Positions 58,879-64,000 of a stretch of DNA of 64,000 nucleotides are shown here, in pieces. The stretch comes from an uncultured Actinomycetota bacterium (lineage in GTDB: Bacteria; Actinomycetota; Actinomycetes; Streptomycetales; Streptomycetaceae). The notes under the pieces are model-generated. The model was given only the letters and a program-made list of their open reading frames with translations. It ran no database searches and was not told the origin of the DNA. The DNA is taken from NCBI GenBank assembly GCA_963756705.1, contig CAVWOS010000009.1, positions 18,120 through 82,119 on the forward strand, in the 5' to 3' direction. Numbering within the stretch: position 1 is the first letter of the stretch; every line of letters starts with the position of its first letter. Both the position numbers and the translations under genes were made by a program.

Positions 58879-59030
58879 CACCGCTCACCGTCGTCCGCCA
58901 GTACATCGAGAACCAGCAGCGACCCACCTGACCGCCACCACGGAGACGCAGAAAACTCCGGCGCTTCGCGCCTCCGTACCAAGGATGCGCCTCACCTCCG
59001 CCCTGAGGACGGAGCACTGCGCAAGATCAG
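58872..59030 (+). mobile_element. tnpA: IS200 tnpA 3' fragment plus right-end hairpin
   Basis: GGAPLTVVRQYIENQQRPT* (Y1 transposase C-terminus, ends 58931); CTCCGCCCTGAGGACGGAG hairpin. Confidence 0.75.
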
Positions 59031-59067
59031 AGGTAGACAACGGCGAGGTGCACGAGGGAACTGCGCG

Positions 59068-59118
59068 TTGAATGCCGTCGCCCCGCCTGTGAGTTGCGGG
59101 CGGGGCGACGGCGTTCAA
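59068..59118 (-). terminator. 20-bp stem hairpin downstream of the graspetide operon
   Basis: TTGAATGCCGTCGCCCCGCC / GGCGGGGCGACGGCGTTCAA. Confidence 0.65.
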
Positions 59119-59158
59119 CTGTGGCAGGCGTCAGCCGGCCGCGCTGGCAGGTTAGCGG

Positions 59159-60313
59159 TCAGAACGATGTGACGACGTTGTCCGGGCTCTTGTGCCAAAG
59201 CTGGTGGACGGCGTCGGTCACGGTGAGGCCGAAGGTGTCCCACCGCGGGCGGCCGAGCTCCTCGAACTTCTGCCAGCAGCGTTCGACGGTGGCCCAGACG
59301 TGGTCGGTGGATTCCAGGGCGCGGCCCGCTTCTCCGTCGGTGTAGAGGGCCTCGGCGGAGGCTCCGCCGGGCAGAACCACCTTCCGGGTGTGTGTGCCGT
59401 CGTCGTGGGTGCCGAACTGGATGGTGGCCCCGGGTAGGAAGGCGGCGAGGAGAAACGTGAACTGGTAGTCGTCGAACGCGTCCTTCGGCACGCGGGTGGG
59501 TTTCTCGCCGGCGGTGTGCTCCTTGCGGGGGGCGGAGAGAGTGTGTCCGTTGACTGCGGGGCGTGCGGGCATGAACTGGCCGCCGTCGGGCAGAAACGGG
59601 CCTTCCAGGTTCCCGGAGGGCAGCCGGGTGAGCAGGGCGAGGCCCCCGCTGAGCGGCGGCATGAGGTTGGCGATCAGCTTCCCTCCCGGTGCCAGGGCTG
59701 CGTGCAGGGTGGGGGTGATCTCGGGCAGTGCGCAGGTGGCAATGATCCGGTCGAAGCCGGCAGCCGGCCATGGGTGGGTGGTGGCGTCCGTGGTGACGAC
59801 GTCGGGCCGGTGGCCACACGCGTCCAGGCGGGCGGCGGCGGACTTGGTGAGGCCGCTGTCGATGTCGGCGGTGGTCAGTTGCCGGGCACTGTCGAGCCGG
59901 CGGCAGATGAGCGCCGCGTTGTAGCCCGTGGCCGTGCCGATCTCCAGCACGCGGTGTGACGGGTCGATGTCCAGGGCTTCGAGCATCCGCACCATGAGGG
60001 ACGGCTGAGTGCTGGATGAGGTCGGGGTGCCCGTCCAGCCGCCGGGCACCGGCCTCGGGTCGTGGAGTTGGGTGACCAGCGTGCTGTTGGTGTAGATGGG
60101 GCCGAGCCAGCCGGCGCCGTCGGCCTCTTCTGTCAGGCGCTCCCACACGGTGGGGGCGCCGCCGGTGTTGCGGTAGTAGGTCGGGACGAACCGGTGTCGG
60201 GGGGTGCCCTCGACGGCGGCGGCCCACCACTTGGAGGTGAGGTCGCCGCTGGCCTCCAGGGCGGCGACGAGGGCCGCGGCGGCGTCCTGCCAGCGGGGCG
60301 GCGACGTGGTCAC
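59159..60313 (-). CDS. PIMT-like (protein L-isoaspartyl) methyltransferase of ATP-grasp RiPP systems
   Basis: TPRHRFVP, TSSSTQPSLMVRML, VLEIGTATGYNAAL, FDRIIATC. Confidence 0.88.
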   Translation of the reverse strand: MTTSPPRWQDAAAALVAALEASGDLTSKWWAAAVEGTPRHRFVPTYYRNTGGAPTVWERLTEEADGAGWLGPIYTNSTLVTQLHDPRPVPGGWTGTPTSSSTQPSLMVRMLEALDIDPSHRVLEIGTATGYNAALICRRLDSARQLTTADIDSGLTKSAAARLDACGHRPDVVTTDATTHPWPAAGFDRIIATCALPEITPTLHAALAPGGKLIANLMPPLSGGLALLTRLPSGNLEGPFLPDGGQFMPARPAVNGHTLSAPRKEHTAGEKPTRVPKDAFDDYQFTFLLAAFLPGATIQFGTHDDGTHTRKVVLPGGASAEALYTDGEAGRALESTDHVWATVERCWQKFEELGRPRWDTFGLTVTDAVHQLWHKSPDNVVTSF

Positions 60314-61260
60314 GTGCACCAGCCTTTCACGGTCTCGGCGATGGCTTCGGCGACCGGCACGACTTCGTGGAGCCATGCGAATTGGCCGGCGGGGTTCGCC
60401 TCGAAGTAGACCCACCTGCCGCCGCGTTCAACCGCGAAGTCGAGCGCCGCGTAGGTCAGTCCCCTGGCGGACATGTAGGCGTTGACGGCGGCCGCGATGG
60501 GTGCGGGGACGTCGATCCGGTCGTACGTCAGTGCGTCGTAGTCGGTCCGCCAGTCCAGGCGGGCCGCTTCGCTGCCGGCGGTGATGCGCACCGCGAGGTG
60601 AGTGCTGCCCACGGCGTACAGCCGAACCTCGTACGCCTTGGTGATCTGCTCCTGCACGAGGTGGGCGGTCGTCTCGATACCGCCCAGGTCGTTCAGGTCG
60701 ACCGGCCGGGTGCGCATGGTCTCCGTGCCGGCGTCGTGGGTGACGTACGGGATGCCCATGGGCTTGGTGACCAGCGGTGTCCCGCAGGTTTTCGCAAAGC
60801 GGCGGACGGCCTCCGGGTCGTTGGTGATCAGGGTTCGGGGGGTGTGCAGGCCGGCGGAGCGGGCCGTGCGGAGCTGGTCGGGCTTGAACTCCGCCGCGCT
60901 GGCGCGGTTGGGGTGGTTCATCCAGGCGACCGGTAAGCCGGCCAGGACGCCGCCGAGGCCGTGCCGCGCGGCGCCGCGGGAATAGTGCTCGTCGGCGGGC
61001 GACATGGCGGGCAGCACGAAGTGGTCCGGACGATTCCAGTACACCGCCCCGATGTCCGCCAACTCAACGGCGCGGTGGTCGGTCTCCAGCACACCCGTCC
61101 AGCCGTCCGTCTCTTCGTGGCGGGCGTCCAGGTGGAGGGACAGGGGGAAGTCGGCCATGTCGAATCGGAAGACGGGCACGCCGACGGCGGCGAGGGCGTT
61201 GACGATCAGGTCGGTGGCCCCGTCATGGGGGCGGTCGACCACCAGGGCGGTGGCGGTCAC
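60310..61260 (-). CDS. tgmB: ATP-grasp RiPP (graspetide) ligase, SAV_5884/TgmB type; one in-frame TTA codon
   Basis: VFRFDMADFP, AVYWNRP, WMNHP..AEFKPDQL, TPRTLITNDP, VTKPM, QEQI, FEANPAGQF; GGC TTA CCG at 60936-60934. Confidence 0.92.
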   Translation of the reverse strand: MTATALVVDRPHDGATDLIVNALAAVGVPVFRFDMADFPLSLHLDARHEETDGWTGVLETDHRAVELADIGAVYWNRPDHFVLPAMSPADEHYSRGAARHGLGGVLAGLPVAWMNHPNRASAAEFKPDQLRTARSAGLHTPRTLITNDPEAVRRFAKTCGTPLVTKPMGIPYVTHDAGTETMRTRPVDLNDLGGIETTAHLVQEQITKAYEVRLYAVGSTHLAVRITAGSEAARLDWRTDYDALTYDRIDVPAPIAAAVNAYMSARGLTYAALDFAVERGGRWVYFEANPAGQFAWLHEVVPVAEAIAETVKGWCT

Positions 61261-61547
61261 TCGAACACCCCGGGGTCGGCGCCCTCGTCGTGCGGCGGCG
61301 GGCTTTTCGGGTCGCCGTCGGGGTTGGTCTTCTGCGAGGTCGACATCGTGGTGAGCGGGGTGCCGTCGGCGAACGCGGCGGTCTGGGTGACCGGGTCGTA
61401 CACCGGCAGCGGCGCGACGGCCCCGGGTGCCCGGGGCGGGCCTGCGGGGGTCAGGTGGGCGCCGGTCACGGCGTACGGGCGGAGGGCGGCCGGTCGGCCG
61501 GCGGTCGGCGCGGGCGCCTGGAGGGGAAACGGCTGGGCGAGCTTCAC
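61257..61547 (-). CDS. tgmA: graspetide precursor peptide
   Basis: leader LRPY..YDPVTQTA; core TTMSTSQKTNPDGDPKSPPPHDEGADPG; coupled to the ligase. Confidence 0.8.
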   Translation of the reverse strand: MKLAQPFPLQAPAPTAGRPAALRPYAVTGAHLTPAGPPRAPGAVAPLPVYDPVTQTAAFADGTPLTTMSTSQKTNPDGDPKSPPPHDEGADPGVFE

Positions 61548-62176
61548 CGGGTTACCTCTTCCTTCACATCTTCGGTGGTGGCGGGGGGATTGAGCGTCAC
61601 GGACATGCCGTTGCGGTCCTTCCGGTCGGTGGGCTGCCCGGTCGGCGGCCGGGCGGGCCCCTGGCGGTGTGGCTGTGGTTCGGCGCAGGGGGTGAGGAGC
61701 GTGCGGGCTGCGGCCATGGTGTTGGCCAGCAGGTCGGACAGGTCGTTGGTCTCGGTGGCGTAGCCGTCGATGATGGTCGCGCGCAGCAGTCCGGCGATCA
61801 GCCGGGAGGTCAACTTCACCTGGTCTTCTGGGTTCTCGGGCAGGGTGCCGCCGCAGAAGCTGAGCAGCAGCGCGCCGGCCGCACGGCTGTCGTCGTCGTG
61901 GCCGATTCGGCCGGCGCCGGGGTCGGGTTCTTCGCTGGTGGCGTACATCAGCCAGCCGTCTGCGGCGAGGAGTTCCGGCCGTTCGCTGCCTATGTGGCTG
62001 TCCTGTTCGGCGAGGTGCAGCAGCTTGCGGATGGCATCGGCTACGTCGGTGGCCGGGTCGAGCTGGTTGAGCAGTTCGAACGGGGGCCGCACGAGGTCGG
62101 CGTGCGCGCGGCTTGCGTGCTCGCGGGCTGACGCCTGGGCAAGGACGGTGAGGGGGTCAGGGGTGTTGTTCCATGA
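61544..62176 (-). CDS. hypothetical protein (frameshift near 62100)
   Basis: AAGGA SD before ATG 62176; stop overlaps the precursor GTG. Confidence 0.55.
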   Translation of the reverse strand, partial: SWNNTPDPLTVLAQASAREHASRAHADLVRPPFELLNQLDPATDVADAIRKLLHLAEQDSHIGSERPELLAADGWLMYATSEEPDPGAGRIGHDDDSRAAGALLLSFCGGTLPENPEDQVKLTSRLIAGLLRATIIDGYATETNDLSDLLANTMAAARTLLTPCAEPQPHRQGPARPPTGQPTDRKDRNGMSVTLNPPATTEDVKEEVTR

Positions 62177-62294
62177 CGGTTCCTTCCGGGCCGGGCCCGC
62201 TGGTGACGGGCCCGGCGCGGTTGATGGGGCGGGTTACGGCTCTGGGCCGAGCAGTTCGCGGAGCGAGGCGACGGTGGCTCCACCCCGCCGTTGC

Positions 62295-62826
62295 TCAGGT
62301 GGCGGTCGCCGGGCCATGGCCGGAGGGGAAGCCGTAGTTCAGTTCGGCCACGTAGTCGCCGGCGAGTGCGGCGAGGGCCTCCCGGATGCGGCGGACCTGG
62401 TACGGGGCGCAGAACTGGTCAAGGTCGGCGTCGGCGACCCACTGGTAGTCGTCAAGCTCGGGCTTCTTGCCGTCCTCGCTCTCGGGGAAGGGTGATCGGC
62501 GTGTCGTGAGGGAGCTCCCCGAAGTAGCGGACGAAGTTGTAGCCGGCAGCGGAGCCTCCCGCCGGTTTGGCCGGCATGAAGTCCTTGACCAGCAATTGCA
62601 GCGGGACCAAGTCGAGGCCGGTCTCCTCCAGCACCTCGCGGGCGGCCGCGTCCCAGTCGGACTCGCCCAGTCCCGCGCCGCCGCCGGGGAGCTGGTAGAA
62701 ATTCTGTCCTTCCTCCTTGTACGTCGGGCGAACCACGAGGACCCGTCCGGTCTCGTCCAGGAACAGGCCCAGGGCGCCGATGCGCACGGGGGGCGGGGAT
62801 GTGGGGTCGGTGTCGAAGTGCGACAT
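62295..62826 (-). CDS. NUDIX hydrolase (frameshift near 62485)
   Basis: LPGGGAGLGESDWDAAAREVLEETGL Nudix box. Confidence 0.88.
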
Positions 62827-62942
62827 GAGGCTCCTTGAGTGGGTGGTGGTGCCGAGTGGTGATTGGCAGGCGGTCGGGTCGGGTTGGGTACGGATGGGCG
62901 GGGCGGGGATGCCGTGCCGCCAGAAGGCGGGAGCGCCGGCCA

Positions 62943-63848
62943 CTACAGGCCGACCCGCTGCCGCCACATCGGTGGGTCCTCGAACTCCGCTCGGGTGGGC
63001 ACCAGGTCGCGGTTGGTCCAGACGAAATTCCACAGGTCGCCGCAGCTCGGCGGCATGGTCTCCTGCACGAACATGAATTCCGGGCCCACGGGGTGCGCCG
63101 GCTGGCTCCGCCGGAGCAGGTACGCCCGCAGCTCGTCGCGCGACGCGGGCGGAGGAGGCGTTGTACCGTGGCGCGCCTGCTCCCAGCGGACCGCGGTGCG
63201 GTTGCGGGCGTAGAGGAGTCCCTGGCGTATCGGGGTGTGCAGAGAGGTCCGCGCTGTCTCCTCCTGCGGGAACTGCTGTCCGCTCAGGTGGTAGGTGACC
63301 AGGATCTCGGCCCAGTCCGCGTGACCCTCGGCGAGGGCGTCCACCATCCGGTCCTCGGTCGGGTCCGGCCGGGGGCTGAGCCGCGGTGGGACGACACGGC
63401 CGGCGCTGTAGTGGATCTGGGCCTGGTGCACACCCTCGTGGATCACGAATCGCGGGAGGCCCGAAAAGGTCTTGGTCAGGCCCGTGTGGTGCAGCGCCCT
63501 GGGACAGATGAGCGTTTCAGGTACACCGTCCAGGGTGGTGATCGTCATGCCGTTCATCAGCGGCCATCGCCACCGCACCTTGGACCGCCACCGCTTCTGT
63601 GTGCGTCCCGCTTGCCGCGCGTCCTCAAGGGTGGGCGGGGAGATGTCCATGGCGCCTTGCAGGCTCCGCCGCACGTAGGCCCGCACCTCGCTCCGCCACA
63701 CGCGGGGGGTGACCAGGCGGAACGTGCAGCGCGGCAGTGGCAATTCCGTCACCTTCTCGATCACGGGTATCGCCGCGGTCAGCGTGTCGGTGACAGTGGT
63801 GGCGAGGGCCCCGTTCGTGCCGGTCTCGTCCCGCACTTCGACGGTCAC
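62943..63848 (-). CDS. zincin-like metallopeptidase
   Basis: HEGVHQAQ (HExxH) plus downstream LAEGHAD third-ligand motif. Confidence 0.65.
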   Translation of the reverse strand: MTVEVRDETGTNGALATTVTDTLTAAIPVIEKVTELPLPRCTFRLVTPRVWRSEVRAYVRRSLQGAMDISPPTLEDARQAGRTQKRWRSKVRWRWPLMNGMTITTLDGVPETLICPRALHHTGLTKTFSGLPRFVIHEGVHQAQIHYSAGRVVPPRLSPRPDPTEDRMVDALAEGHADWAEILVTYHLSGQQFPQEETARTSLHTPIRQGLLYARNRTAVRWEQARHGTTPPPPASRDELRAYLLRRSQPAHPVGPEFMFVQETMPPSCGDLWNFVWTNRDLVPTRAEFEDPPMWRQRVGL

Positions 63849-64000
63849 CGCGAGCTCCCCCGGCCGGCCCCCGGACGGGTTCTCATGACTACGGTGACCG
63901 GCACGACGAGGTCGGCTCCGGTCGGCTGTGGGACACGGACACTTCCCGCTCGACCGGGTCGGTAGCGCCGCCCTGGACCTATTGGCCGCTCACCGCGGCT

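Noticed and set aside
351-62826. About 20 single-base frameshifts in otherwise conserved genes, as mass pseudogenisation or programmed frameshifting
   Set aside because: They are spread evenly, several lie beside G/C runs, no in-frame stops accumulate and no slippery heptamers are evident. Uncorrected long-read error is more parsimonious; polishing would decide.
56-63965. Many long Arg/Pro/Gly-rich ORFs in the track (e.g. 2577..3797, 5777..8293, 9746..12274, 42500..45268, 55616..57031)
   Set aside because: These are antisense or alternate-frame shadows of real genes, expected at about 72% GC.
1-64000. CRISPR array, rRNA, telomeric terminal repeats, Rep, integrase or relaxase genes
   Set aside because: No regularly spaced repeat-spacer units, rRNA signatures or recognisable motifs for these were seen.

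Overview
High-GC actinomycete (Streptomycetaceae-like) DNA that reads as part of a large conjugative plasmid or integrated element, not core chromosome. Left part: divergent DNA-binding/phage-like genes around a repeat-rich intergenic region (2.1-2.7 kb), then a minus-strand transfer operon (13.5 to 4.0 kb) with an SH3b secreted protein, two membrane proteins, an FtsK/TraB-like translocase, a chimeric MTase-fragment/TraB-C-terminal-domain gene, an orphan Dam-like MTase, a VirD4/TraD-like ATPase and a DUF2637 Spd-like protein. A dual-HTH PucR regulator is divergent from it. Middle: a PLP decarboxylase / TPR-like / oxidoreductase / degenerate TrpA cluster, a bldA-like tRNA-Leu(UAA) with a G73 discriminator, parA plus a non-canonical partner, paralogous HTH genes carrying intragenic AATT-centred palindromes, a DGQHR protein, and a 33-bp direct-repeat-flanked 2.3-kb cassette (sigma-region-4/HTH gene plus mini-PglX-like MTase) inserted in the 5' end of an APC permease gene. 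Right: GT2/GntR genes, two convergent SpoIIE multi-sensor proteins, an ArsR-bracketed catabolic island (MBL lactonase, LIV-type ABC transporter, cupin, quinone reductase, DUF3870, acetoacetate-CoA ligase) containing a long inverted repeat around a promoter-like segment, IS200/IS605 remnants, a truncated rSAM/SPASM gene and a graspetide (ATP-grasp RiPP plus PIMT-like MTase) cluster whose ligase has a TTA codon. Caveat: about 20 otherwise conserved genes are broken by single-base frameshifts, several next to G/C runs, which suggests uncorrected long-read errors. Gene ends across frameshifts are reconstructed by eye. All family assignments are from motif recognition, not database searches.
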